Of a DNA stretch of 64,000 nt, positions 25,361-37,212 are shown one piece after another; the stretch's first letter is position 1; every line of letters begins with the position of its first letter. The DNA comes from Psilocybe cubensis (taxonomy: Eukaryota). The notes below the pieces were generated by a model. It made no database searches and was not told the origin of the DNA. It saw only the letters and a list, made by a program, of their open reading frames with translations. Location: NCBI GenBank assembly GCA_017499595.2, contig CM039005.1:3224001-3288000 (forward strand), in the 5' to 3' direction. The translations under genes and the position numbers were made by a program.

Positions 25361-27953
25361 GTCGGTTCTAGCACTAGTGTTACTAGTACGCCTTGTTGCA
25401 TGTCGTATGTACTGAAAATACAGATTTTTTTTTTCGTTTCTGTGTTCGCTTAGTGTGGTTTTGGGTTACGCGAGTGCAGATTGGGTCTTGAGATTGGGAA
25501 CTGAATGGTTCCCCAAGGTGTAACGTTGGAATAACAAGAATGCGAGGGCAGGGTGGTGTGCGTAGTGCACATATTGTTTGGATAAATCATGTGTATTGCG
25601 AATCCGGGTGTTCATTCTGTTCATGTGATACGTTCGATAGGAAACTCGTTCATGTTGCATCCATTTGAGTCGTGCAATCAAAGTGAGTATCGATGTAATC
25701 CATCTCCCAGTGCTCAAGTGGTGATATAGCTCAAACTCTTCAGAATCGCACCATGCACAAAAAACAAGAGTCGATAAAATCACCACTGAATCTCTCGCAA
25801 CCATCTTCAAAATCAAGAAACATTCAATGACTCGGGAACAGGTACGTACACATAGCCCTCGAACCATATGTACTTGACGGTGAACTTGCGTTCTGGCACT
25901 CCCGGTGTGCGGACATTTGCTTTGGAGTCGATACGGGAAATCCATCTTCTGCACAGCGACAAATTGAACGCCGCGATTCCTTCTAGCAAATCTGACGTTA
26001 ACCGTAGCCGAGAGTGTTTGGGATAGTGTAGATACGGATCCGAATTGAAGGGAAACGATTGGAATGGGGGTGAATGTTGATTCGGGAGAGGAGGCGGATG
26101 TCCGGTTGGGTTGGATCTGGTTGGGGAATTTGAGATGTTCTGTTGGCTGGGTGGTTGGGGTGGGTGAGGTAGGCCTATGTAGACTCCTGTCAGATATGGG
26201 TATAGGTATGTGAGTGCTATTTATACTGTTATTTGCATCGTGTGCAAAAATGCGCATTCTCGGCGCTTAACTGATGGTGATTCGAAAAGCAAAGTTGCAC
26301 ATTGCACATCGGGCACAGTATTTTTCAGAGACCTCTGTACAGTTAAGTTAATACTAATACATCTAATTAGGGGTTAAACTACATTGACAACGATGTATTC
26401 TAGGTAAAAACGTCATTTGAGAGATGAGGGCATTGAAATCATGACTTTGCCCGACAATACGAACTTAGACAAAGATTTCCGGCCAATAACCCTTTATTCA
26501 GGCATTAATAGCAGTCCTACAGCACACCAAGCATACTCCAATGCTCCAAGTGCCGGAAAAGACGCAGAATCGACGTAGAACGACGCGCCACGTCTACTGC
26601 ATCCCATACATCCTCGAGAGCCGATGTTGTTGCTCTCATTTCGCGGACCTTCTAGGTTGTGTAACAGCAGTTTAGCCGAGCCAAATAGGTCCCTGTTAGC
26701 TTCCGAAAAGACCAGCAACGAGAAAATACATTGGAATTAGCATGGAATTGCGACATGGGAGAGTGGGAGGATGTGGACATGTACGTGAGTTCAAATTTTT
26801 AATGAAATTTTTGTGATCCCTCACTTGGAACGGATGAAGCGAGTAGTACAGGGTGTAATTTATAGTCCCATAATGGATATGCAGCTGTGTAATGGTTTTG
26901 GAAGTGAGGTATATACACATTTCTGTCTGATTTTGTTGAGAATGTATTCGGGCGCTTAATACTTTTTGACATCTGCAACTTTGCTCAGTCGTGCAGCGCT
27001 CGATTCAAACATTGTACAAGGTACTGTACACTACAGTATACATCTCCAATACTCAAAATCTGCAATAAATATGTCCAGACAACGAAAATGGGTGTTTTAC
27101 GTGCATTCACACCTCAGCGGGAACATGTCAAAGTTTCAGTCATTTCCGCTCCACCACGGACCGTCAACTCTTCAACAACGTATCCGAACATTTATAGAAG
27201 TATGCTAAACCCTATAAAATAGCATAAATGATGCAAACGGCCTCGGTACGTCTGCCACGTCGTTTCTAGGAGCTTGCAAGGTATGTGACCGAGTACGTCT
27301 TCCAGAGACGTTCTGGGCTCTTGAGAACCGAATTGAAACGTTATTCGTTAAACGAGCAGTATTGTAACAGTCTATATTAAGGTCTGTAAGGAATGAAAAC
27401 GATTGAAAGCACGTAAACTGATGAATCGGGGGAGAAGGAAGATGTCAACGTTGTGAACATCTTAGAGTTTGTTTCTTGTTGTATTCACTTGCGCTCGGTG
27501 TGGTGTAATTTATATGTCCTGGTACAGGTTACTAGCTACACGTATGTGGTATGTACTGTGTCAAACTGTAAACTGTGTGGAAATGGAGGTTTGTGGGGCA
27601 TAATTCATGTTTACATTCAATTTCACTTCAAATTCAACTTGTTTATGTAACAACGAATGCATTGACTAATCCTATCCATATTTACTGGTCTATAGATCTT
27701 TTAAAGCTATGGTAAACGCCCAAACTCTCCGGAACTTCATGCCACGTCATTGGTTTTCCTCCAATCGTCTCGCAGTTTCACCTCAAAATCAAAGTTATTA
27801 TGGCGCGGAATAGCCTAAACACTAGCCGCATTGGAGCTAAACATGCCAGTGGGTCAATCTAAGCTCAAATTTTTCACATAGAAGCCGACCAAGGGGGCGG
27901 GAGCTTGTATACAGTATGTTTCACCATACAATTATAACAACACAATGTAGCAC

Positions 27954-29610
27954 CTAGGCTTATTCCCCCCCGAAGGGGGGGCCTTCGTTGCATTGGGCCT
28001 CCTGTTCAGAATTCCTGAAATCTGATGCCAGATTCGGATTCCTGGACCCCAAAAACCCCCAAATACACTTTCAAAATATTTTATTTTGTACATACGGAGG
28101 TGCTACGTAATTAAATGTGTAATTTATGGAGGCCGGCCTCCAAATTGATGGAGGCCACTGGAGGCCGGCCTCCGTCTAAAAATAACTTTTGACAGGCACT
28201 GGAGGCCGGCCTCCGTCTAAAAATAAATTTTTGACAGGCACTGGAGGCCGGCCTCCCGCCTGTCTCCCGATGCCAGCGCTCGCCGTCCCAAAGCTTGCGC
28301 TCGCCGTCCCAACGCCAGCGCTCGCCGTCCCAAAGCTTGCGCTCGCCGTCCCAACGCCAGCGCTCGCCGTCCCAACGCTTGCGCTCGCCGTCTGCCCGAC
28401 GCCTGCGCTTGCCGCTGCATGTTGTTGCGCTGCCACCTCCGGGCCGCTGCTGCTGCCGCCACCTCCACTCGACGCCTGTCGTTCAGCCGTCACCGCGTGT
28501 CATCCCGCCGTCGCCGCCTGTCGTCACGACGTCACCGCGCGTCATCCCGCCGTCGCGTCTAGTCGCCGCCCACCACAACACGCACTCTGCTGCGTGTTGT
28601 TGCGCCGCCACACCCGTGCCGCTGCTGCTGCTGCCGCCTCTCCTCGTCCCCTGTCATGCCGCTGCCGCCTTCCCTCGCCGCCTGTCATTCCGCCGTCAGC
28701 GCGTGTCGTCCCGCCGTCGCCGCCTGTCGTCCCGCCTTCGCGTCCACTCGCCGCCCACCACAACACGCACTCTGCTGCGTGTTGTTGCGCCGTCACACCG
28801 GACCGCCGCTGCCACTGCCGCCTTCCCTCGCCGCCTGTCATTCCGCCGTCAGCGCGTGACGTCCCGCCGTCGCCGTCTGTCGTTCAGCCGTCACCGCGTG
28901 TCATCCCGTCGTCGCCGCCTGTCGTCACGACGTCACCGCGCGTCGTCCCGCCGTCGCGTCTAGTCGCCGCCCACCACAACACGCACTCTGCTGCGTGTTG
29001 TTGCGCCGTCACACCGGACCGCCGCTGCCGCTGCCGCCTGCCTCGCCGCCTGTCATTCCGCTGTCAACGCCTGTCGTCCCGCCGTCGCCGCCTGTCGTCC
29101 CGCCGTCGCCGCCTGTCGTCCCGCCGTCGCCGCCTGTCGTCACGACGTCACCGCGCGTCGTCCCGCCGTCGCGTCTAGTCGCCGCCCACCACGACACGCA
29201 CTCTGCTGCGTGTTGTTGCGCCGCCACACCGGGCCGCCGCTGCCGCTGCCGCCTGCCTCGCCGCCTGTCATTCCGCTGTCAACGCCTGTCGTCCCGCCGT
29301 CGCCGCCTGTCGTCCCGCCGTCGCCGCCTGTCGTCCCGCCGTCGCCGCCTATCGTCCCGCCGTCGCCGCCTGTCGTCACAACGTCACCGCGCGTCGTCCC
29401 GCCGTCGCGTCCACTCGCCGCCCACCACGACACGCACTCTGCTGCGTGTTGTTGCGCCGCCACACCGGGCCGCCGCTGCCACTGCCGCCTCCCCTCCCCG
29501 CCTGTCATTCCGCCGTCGCCGCCTGTCGTCCCGCCGTCGCCGCCTGTCGCTGCCGCCGCGCTGCCTCTACTCGCCTCCTGTCGCTGCCATTTCGCTGTTT
29601 TGTCTTTGAT
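27954..29610. repeat. Terminal module B: paralogue of module A with C7-GAA-G7 hairpin, four palindromes and an expanded 21-bp minisatellite
   Basis: ctaggcttattcccccccgaagggggggccttcgttgcatt.. aligns with 17255 onward. Confidence 0.75.
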
Positions 29611-29827
29611 ACACCTCGGCCTTGCTGTACTGTAATTTTGTTAGATTTTTTATAACTAGTCATCTTACCCTGATATCAACTTGTATATATCTCACGCGAG
29701 CTCTCTTGTGTAGACACCAAAAAATAAATTTATATGACATTTTGAACAAAAAAACACGCATATATCTACATATTTTTGTTAGAATGGGCTATTCTTAAAT
29801 GAAAAAACACTTACATTGACAATGTAA

Positions 29828-30521
29828 CTACAGGCCTGGGCGAACACGATAAGTTGGCACCACCGGTACGTGCCCGTTGACAAAGGCCTGAGCTCGTTGA
29901 GACGCTGCCGCCAGAAGCTTCCTACTGGGAGGAGTGCCGCGCAATATTGATTTCCATTGCACTCTTGTTAATGGCTGGGCCTGCCGAGTGCGGATGTCTT
30001 CTACGCGTTCACGGTACCATGCCTCGTTGGCAGGCGTCCATTCCACCCATTGTGATCCGTTCATGCTGGAGGGCACCTGCCACAGGTTCGGGGGAGGGAA
30101 CCACGATTTTACAGTTATTTGACCTTTAGTAGCTGAGAAAAATGTTGTTAGTGCATAAAATTGAGAATAAACAAGGAAAACATACCTGTGTACAGCGTGT
30201 AGGTGCCGCATATAATGGACAGCTCGTTCTCCGTGAGCTGGTCGTCGCAATAACACCAAGTCGTGTCGCCAGCTGGCACGATGAACCCCTGCCGGTTCTG
30301 AATGATTTCCTTAGAGGGGCCAGCCAGCCCATCGTCGACGCTCAGAAACTCACTGGCTATCCTACCCACCAATCCACCCCTCAGCAAGGCAGCCCGACCG
30401 TGTTGTTGGTGTTTGATGATGTTCTCGCATTGCAATCGGTATGCTTCGAAGTCATCAACGCCAAATTTGTACGCTGACGGGCGGACAGATCGAGGGGTGT
30501 ATGGCTCCTGGACAGTGGAGC
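29828..30521 (-). pseudogene. 3' part of an uncharacterised Agaricomycete gene, 5'-truncated by telomere addition, one intron
   Basis: RPSAYKFGVDDFEAY..RAALLRGGLVGRIA..GPS..DDQLTENELSIICGTY, intron GTATGT..TCTCAG, then KSWFPPPNLW..WTPANEAWY. The frame is open up to the AGGGTTT junction. Confidence 0.7.
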
Positions 30522-30560
30522 AGGGTTTAGGGTTTAGGGTTTAGGGTTTAGGGTTTAGGG
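30522..30560 (+). repeat. Interstitial telomeric tract (TTTAGGG)5
   Basis: Perfect 7-mers. Confidence 0.92.
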
Positions 30561-30627
30561 GGGGAGCGAGCACCGAGCGAAGCGAGGTGCGAGCGACTAT
30601 TTAAACTGTGAGTTAAAATGAAAGAAG

Positions 30628-30691
30628 GCCAGAGGGCTGTTGGGGGATCCCAACAACCAGCCCTTTCGTCTTTATAGACTCTTCAGTGGCT
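30628..30691 (-). ncRNA. Type I hammerhead ribozyme (copy 2)
   Basis: Same core and stems as 14813-14877, with a variant stem III tip. Confidence 0.88.
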
Positions 30692-31234
30692 ATTCTTAGA
30701 AGGAATGTTCTAGACATCCGATGACAGCGCGTGAAGTGATGCTGCGCAGCTGTCATGTATCTTACCGACTATCACAAATCTGTCAATGTTTATTGTCAAG
30801 TTAGACAGGTCTCTGATGAACAGAGTGTCACGGGTCGATGTGGCACATGGTAACCTGTCAAAAGTGGATCCAACACTTTTGTTCTTTGACATCGTGGGTT
30901 ATTGACTGTGATGTGAATCACATGGATATAGATTACTCTGGTTACGTGGCTCCGAGTAACCGCGACATGGGAATATTCACATGTCTAGAGTATAAATAGC
31001 TTACCTGGGTCCTTACCTAACAATCAAACAATAGAATGATTGATTGTTGTGAATCTTAATTGGACAGTTCATGATCCGGTCCATCAAAAATGTTTCCACG
31101 GTACTAAGGAACTTTTCCCGAAGTACTAAGTAACTTTTCCCATGTACTAAATTAGATCCGGCCCTTCACAATCACATGCCGTTCGGAAGTTCACACGCCT
31201 ACCTTACTTCCTACTAAGGTTAGACTTAGTTAGC

Positions 31235-31289
31235 TTAGGGTTGGGGTTAGGTTAGGGTTTAGGGTTTAGGGTTTAGGGTTTAGGTTTAG
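31235..31289 (+). repeat. Telomeric-repeat tract internal to the element 3' UTR
   Basis: Homologous to 15421-15489. Confidence 0.85.
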
Positions 31290-31401
31290 CTATTTAATCC
31301 AAAGTGTTGCTTGTAAGTAGATGTTTGTTACTTTATAGCAAGGAATACTTACGGTTAGGGTTTTTTTCTAATGCTTTACGCCTTACGCGCTAGTATTCTT
31401 T

Positions 31402-34400
31402 TCATCGGTTGTAAGATTTGGATATTCTGCCGAATTCTGGATGTTCCCTCTCTTGTGAGATTGAACGTCTATGAAGTATTATCTCGTTATCACTTTCGAT
31501 ACTTATCTGTTCAGCAGCTTCAACTAGAGCAGAATGATAAGTTTCATTAACGTTTTGAGTTTCGGGAACAACACCACCTTTTTCAGCGATGTTTTCATCC
31601 AGTTTACGAAAGACTGTTTTCTTCCACACATTTGCAAGGTCGAAAAGATTAGTATTGCGCTTTCGCGATACTATCCAACGACTTCCGAGTAGTCCTATCT
31701 TCCTCAAATCCGGTACGAACTCAGTTTCTCCGTCCACGAGGATCTGTGTGAACAGCTCCGGGCGAACATCATCGAGGTCGTGAACGTAATTTGGATCTGG
31801 TTTGATAAGGGGTCTGGACGAGTCTGCACTATACAGACCTTTCTCGGCATGTTCATACCATGCCGACCAGTACTCGGTAACAGTCTTTCCAAGTTCAGCA
31901 GCTGAAAACCAATTCCATACCTGATCAAATCTGGTTTTAAGTACAAGAATGGATTCGTCGTGCTCTGCGACTCGTAAAGCGAATCGCTTTTCCCAACGTT
32001 CTTGTATATTCTTCTTACACCAAGACATGACTAGGTTTTCGGGATAACCGCGCATCAAATAGAGAGCGTTAAGGTCTCTAATTGCTCCGATGTAGATTTC
32101 CTTGGTACTACATAGCACGGCTAACCTGGATAACTCTCCAATGTAGACGCCACGTTTGACGTCCAAAGGATGATGTGATACCCATGGAACTCGTTCTCGG
32201 TTGTTTCCTGTCTTGACAAATGGCTTCCAATGAAGTTTTCCAGACTCCTTGAATATGAAAGCATCGAGAAATTGACATCCCGACGAGGAAACAGCCCATT
32301 CGATAACACAACCATCGAACTTTATTGTTTCTTTAATAAGATTAAGTGCAAGTGCTTCGGACTCGGCGTAAACAATTGCGAAACAATCGTCGATGTACCT
32401 TCCATAGAAGGCCACGTTTGGGTGGTCTAAGATTTTTGACTTTATTTCAAAATGGGCTCCAAAGAGGTTAGCAAGGTCCGGAGAATCCGCGACGCCCATT
32501 GCGAGGCCATTTTTTTGTCTAAAATATCTAGACCCATGTTGTGTTATCAATTGCGTATTGCCAATCTCGATAGCACGTTTAAAGATGCCCAATTTAACCA
32601 AGTTATTCTCTAACGAATTTGGATTAATATGGGCTAATGCAGTGTTTTCTTCCGAAGCGTTGAGTAACCATTCCTCGTACATATTACAAACGATTTCGAT
32701 GCACAAGTCCAACGGAATATTGGGATAGAAAGCAACTACATCCCCGGTGACAAAATACCATTGTCGTTTGGGGTCTATACGCAATTGGCTTAATCTCGTA
32801 AAGAGATCCTTCGTTCCGTGAATGATTGAAGGAGTCGATTTAATAATCGGCTTAAGCTCTTTTGATACAAACTTGGCTGCAGGATTAAATACTACAGAGT
32901 GACACGGAATTATGGGCCTAAATCCAGTAGGTTTTTTGTGGATTTTAGGTATACCATGAAATTGAGGATACTTGAACGATGATCCGTCTTCCGGTACATT
33001 CGATAGAAAGAATCGAGACAACCCAAGTTCAAATAGAAACAGATGTTCATCTTCGACGGTACGTGCAAGAGTTTGCATCTGGATCATTTTGCTCTTCATT
33101 ACTTCTTGCGCAACTTCGAATTCTAGCTCTTCGTAATTACGTTCATCTTCAAGAAGATTGAGCTCATTCCTTAATATCCAGTCGCGTTCAGACACCGCGA
33201 GGCCAAGATTCTTATCTGTCATCGTAATAACATAGTTGTTATCGATAAGAAACTTTTGGATCTTGTCCCTTTTAGGAGAGAACGCGTGCTTTCGCATCTC
33301 CTTGAGGGCTTCTTCCGGGATACTTGCGATCGTTTTAATAACGTACCGACGTCCCATTGAAAGGCCAAGTTCCATAAATTGCGGTAATACAGGAGGTTTT
33401 TCTTTTTTCTTAGAACTTACTCCATAATCTGGATCAAAAGGTTTATTCATGCCTTCTTTAAACAAAAAATAGATACGCCATCTTATTCTTCGTTGAAAAT
33501 CATTCCATGCTTGCATGATCAGACTTTGAGAAGGCAGTGTGAAAAACATATAATTTAAACCGAGAGATAAGTCGTTTGCTACATCAACCGGAACTACAAC
33601 ACCAGGACTACAATGTACACTAGATCTATACTGGCCAGCCAATAAGAAAGAAATTGGGGTATTGAGGTGTACAAATGAAACTGCGTCTGTTTTAGTCATG
33701 GTGAGTATATCGTCAGGAATAGAGTTAGGGAATGCGGGTCTTACCGACGTAAAAGGTACTACATTAGACCGCGCGTTTAGGCTCTTGCCTTTCCCTTTCC
33801 CTTTGGATCGTTGTTCTTGACGGGAGCTCTCCCCTTCCCTTTCTTCTTGTTGTCGACCTTGTTGGAAGCCTTGGTTTGAGGCTTGCGTTGCGAAGGCGTC
33901 GACGACGACTTGGGTTTCGAAGGGCCAGTTTTCTTGGCCTGAGGTTGAGGAGCCTTGGACGAACTCTGGCCAGACGAAGTCTGGGTAATTAGAATAATAA
34001 TTAGTATCCAAAGTTATGGGTGAAGGGTTACGAAAACCTGCCTTCTTGCCCACATATCCAAGGTTGAGCTTCTTAAGACGTGCATTCAAGCCCTTATCAA
34101 TAAGGGATTGAATCGACGGACCTGGTTTGGTCGCGTCGGCCATCTCGACATCGGCTGTAGCCGCGGTCGACCGCTTTTTCTCAATCTTAATTGCCAAAGC
34201 GCGGTGGCGCAATTTGACAATTTGTTTGATATGAGAAAAGATAGCCGGCAGTATAGTTTGCAGCGCACTGCACTCGGCTTTCTTTTGCGGCGACGTTACC
34301 CACTCTGCTATGCGACGAACTCCCTTGTTGTCTGTAGAGAAAACGGGGAGCTTATAGCTGGACTTGCGGTCTTCGTAAGTTGTCTTAACGATGACCGCAG

Positions 34401-34866
34401 CAGCTTCATAGCAAGAAGCGAGTGCGCATTTATCCTCCCAAAAGGCCAGTTCGTCCTTTTTCGCCTGAATGGCGCCGTCGTTAATCGCCTTTTGGAAGAC
34501 GTCACGAGCGGTGGAGAACGTAGTAGAGACTCGAAGAGCCTCCGCTGACCCGGCATCCGCGAATTCCTTCGTGAGTTGGAACTCGGGAGCCTTCACCTTA
34601 AGGCGATTGGGGGTGCTGCCTGCGCTAACGGCAAGTTCAAGGCGCTCAAGGCTAGCCCTGACTGTTTCCCTCTTGTCGCACCACGATGCGAGGTTGAGGA
34701 GAAACTCCCTAAGGGCAGCGCGATAGTCAAAAAAGACGCAGTCTATTATTTGATCAACGGAGCGGCACTCAGCTATTTTCTTGATGACCACAGTGGCCAG
34801 CTCGTCGATGAGAGCGTTTTGGCGGCCTAAGCTTATTCCCCCCCAAAGGGGGGGCCTTCGTTGCAT
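31402..34866 (-). CDS. ORF1-like helical/basic region fused to a Penelope-like reverse transcriptase (1154 aa, no endonuclease)
   Basis: Uninterrupted ORF with N-terminal PLE motifs (LSLGLNY, TDKNLGLAV), the RT motifs of copy 1, and no GIY-YIG. Confidence 0.9.
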   Translation of the reverse strand: MQRRPPLWGGISLGRQNALIDELATVVIKKIAECRSVDQIIDCVFFDYRAALREFLLNLASWCDKRETVRASLERLELAVSAGSTPNRLKVKAPEFQLTKEFADAGSAEALRVSTTFSTARDVFQKAINDGAIQAKKDELAFWEDKCALASCYEAAAVIVKTTYEDRKSSYKLPVFSTDNKGVRRIAEWVTSPQKKAECSALQTILPAIFSHIKQIVKLRHRALAIKIEKKRSTAATADVEMADATKPGPSIQSLIDKGLNARLKKLNLGYVGKKAGFRNPSPITLDTNYYSNYPDFVWPEFVQGSSTSGQENWPFETQVVVDAFATQASNQGFQQGRQQEEREGESSRQEQRSKGKGKGKSLNARSNVVPFTSVRPAFPNSIPDDILTMTKTDAVSFVHLNTPISFLLAGQYRSSVHCSPGVVVPVDVANDLSLGLNYMFFTLPSQSLIMQAWNDFQRRIRWRIYFLFKEGMNKPFDPDYGVSSKKKEKPPVLPQFMELGLSMGRRYVIKTIASIPEEALKEMRKHAFSPKRDKIQKFLIDNNYVITMTDKNLGLAVSERDWILRNELNLLEDERNYEELEFEVAQEVMKSKMIQMQTLARTVEDEHLFLFELGLSRFFLSNVPEDGSSFKYPQFHGIPKIHKKPTGFRPIIPCHSVVFNPAAKFVSKELKPIIKSTPSIIHGTKDLFTRLSQLRIDPKRQWYFVTGDVVAFYPNIPLDLCIEIVCNMYEEWLLNASEENTALAHINPNSLENNLVKLGIFKRAIEIGNTQLITQHGSRYFRQKNGLAMGVADSPDLANLFGAHFEIKSKILDHPNVAFYGRYIDDCFAIVYAESEALALNLIKETIKFDGCVIEWAVSSSGCQFLDAFIFKESGKLHWKPFVKTGNNRERVPWVSHHPLDVKRGVYIGELSRLAVLCSTKEIYIGAIRDLNALYLMRGYPENLVMSWCKKNIQERWEKRFALRVAEHDESILVLKTRFDQVWNWFSAAELGKTVTEYWSAWYEHAEKGLYSADSSRPLIKPDPNYVHDLDDVRPELFTQILVDGETEFVPDLRKIGLLGSRWIVSRKRNTNLFDLANVWKKTVFRKLDENIAEKGGVVPETQNVNETYHSALVEAAEQISIESDNEIILHRRSISQEREHPEFGRISKSYNR

Positions 34867-35672
34867 TGGTCCTCCTGTTCAGAATTCCGAAAATCTGATG
34901 CCAGATTCGGATTCCTCGACCCCGAAAACCCCCAAATCCACTTTCAAAATATTTTATTTTGTACATACGGAGGTGCTACGTAATTAAATGTGTAATTTAC
35001 GGAGGCCGGCCTCCATCTAAAAATAACTTTTGACAGGCACTGGAGGCCGGCCTCCGTCTAAAAATAAATTTTTGACAGGCACTGGAGGCCGGCCTCCCGC
35101 CTGTCTCCTGATGCCAGCGCTCGCTGTCCCAATGCCAGCGCTTGCCGTCCCGACACTTGCGCTCGCTGTCCCGACGCCTTTGCTCGCCGCTGCGTGTTAT
35201 TGCGCCACCACCCCCGGGCCGCTTCTGCCGCCGCGGCCTCCACTGGACGCCTGTCGTTCAGCTGTCACCGCCTGTCGTTCAGCCGTCACCGCGTGTCATC
35301 CCGCCGTCACCGCGTGTCAACCCGCCGTCGCCGCCTGTTGTCCCGCCGTCACCGCGTGTCGTCCCGCCGTCACCGCGTGTCGTCCCGCCGTCGCGTCTAA
35401 TCGCCGCCCACCACGACACGCACTCTGCTGCGTGTCGTTGCACCGCCACCCTCGGGCCGTTTCTGCCGCCGCGGCCTCCACTCGTCGCCTGTTGCTGCCG
35501 CCGTGCCGCCTCCACTCGCCACCTGTCGTCCTGCCGCCGCCTCCACGCGCCGCCCACAACGACACGCACTCTGCTGCGTGTCGTTGCACCGCCACCCCCA
35601 CGTAGCCGCACTCGCTGCCGCCACCGCCGCCGACACTCGACCCCCAGAGTCGCGTTGTTTGTCCTTGCTGTT
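34827..35672. repeat. Terminal module A (unit 2)
   Basis: Identical to 17255-18100. Confidence 0.75.
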
Positions 35673-36071
35673 GCCAAGGAAATTCAAACTCCGCAACGTT
35701 CACAAACAGTATAGCAAATCCGTTCCCCGACATCACACTTCCCCTTTAGCCGTCTCCACCCAGCTCCACCTCAAATACGACGATTCAAACGGAAGGGAAA
35801 AGAAGCTCAAAACGCTTAAGGAGTGTGGGGTACTTGGTGGATAGCGAATCAGGATCAATTGGGGAGGGGACGATGGATTGAGATGTCCAGTGAGTGCTCT
35901 AATTTTCTCTCCACCGTTCTCTCATGGAAACACATGAACCACGACCACACTCTCCCCTCCCTCTTCCATTGCTTGCACCCAGCACCATCACGTTCCCACC
36001 CTTCACAGGCCCACGCAAACATGTTGTCTGACACCTTGGGCTTGGTGCGGATGGTGGTGGCCAGCGCAATA

Positions 36072-37212
36072 ACGAGAAAGAGAGGTTCAGGCGCCGGGAA
36101 ATGGTCAAAATCGCCTGTTGGCGAGCTCTTCGCGTCATCCTCTTTGCCACAACATGGAATCTGGCCTCCAGCTCCGTCCTCCACGTCATCTATATCGCGC
36201 AAGCAGACGGAGGAGAGTATAAGTGTGGCGGATATGGACACGCATAGGCAGCGTGAGGCGCAGTGGATGGGGATCCTGGCCTCGTCGTTGACTCTGTCGT
36301 TCGAAGCGCTGCCTCCGTCTGGGTCTGGTGCATCGCTTTCGTCATCTACGTCTTCGTCTGTGCTTGGGGTCTGCAACATCATTCAACCCTCCGTCTCTCA
36401 TCGCATCTTCATCATCATCATCTTCTATCCGCCACCGGCGGTGCATCCTCGAATGCAAATGCGGATGCGGCACTGAGGCGGTCGAAGAAAGTGAGGAGGT
36501 TGTTGTTGGACGGTGTGCCTTCGTCGGTGCGGTACCTCGTCTGGTCGTTTTTGACGGATGGGAAAGGGAGGTGTGTGCCGGGTGTGTATAGGCAGCTGTG
36601 TGCGCGGGGATGGGGTGGCGGGGCCCGCGCGGGTGAGAGGGGGGTTGAGAAGGAGAGGGTGAGAGAGGAGACGGAGAGGGATGTGAGAGATGTTGTCAGG
36701 GTTTTGATTGGGGATGGTGGGGATTCCGATAGAGGTGTTGGTGTTGGTAAGGATGGGGATGGGGAGGGTGATGGTGAAGATGGGGAGAGAAGAAGGGTTG
36801 AGAAGGAGAGGAGAGAGAGAGAGCGCAAGGCGCTTAGTTTGTTGCAGGCGTATTTGAACATGGTCCCTGATGTTGTATATGAGCGCGGTAAGTTTCTCCT
36901 TCCTTCCTTACTTTGTTTTTTTGATTGTGGATTGATAATTGTTGGGCGAAATGACAGGTCTGACGGAGATCGTTGCGCACCTCCTACTACTCGCACCGGA
37001 GGAAGACGCGTTTTGGATCTTTGTGTCGGTTTTGGATGCGCATCTTCGGCCGTATTTTGCGACGGGGCGGGTTGTGCTGTCTCCTGTGTCATCGTCTGGT
37101 TCTTCACCTTCGTTGGCGTCTCATACCGCAGCTTCAGGGGCAGAGACGACGACGACGCAGATGGAGGTTGACGCGGGGTTGCTTGTTAAGGCGCTCGAAG
37201 CGAACAGGGGTT
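36072..37212 (+). pseudogene. TBC/Rab-GAP gene fragment (unit 2 copy)
   Basis: Identical ORF translations to unit 1. Confidence 0.8.

Larger units (their letters stand above)
17255..34826. repeat. Tandem array unit 1 (17,572 bp): fixed terminus, about 13.3 kb cargo, telomeric tract and 4.3 kb Penelope-like copy
   Basis: The ORF track recurs identically at offset +17572 (e.g. 17458/35030, 18691/36263, 25466/43038). Confidence 0.95.
30561..34826 (-). mobile_element. Endonuclease-deficient Penelope-like retroelement, copy 2 (longest; ORF1-like region plus RT)
   Basis: Same 3' UTR, hammerhead and RT as copy 1 with scattered substitutions; extends about 1.8 kb further 5'. Confidence 0.9.

Noticed and set aside
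31402-34866. Telomerase TERT, group II intron or retron RT
   Set aside because: The motifs (GIPKIHK..RPII, GLAMG..SP, RYIDD, HHP) and multiple truncated copies fit Penelope-like elements; no TERT T/CP motifs or maturase domain were recognised.
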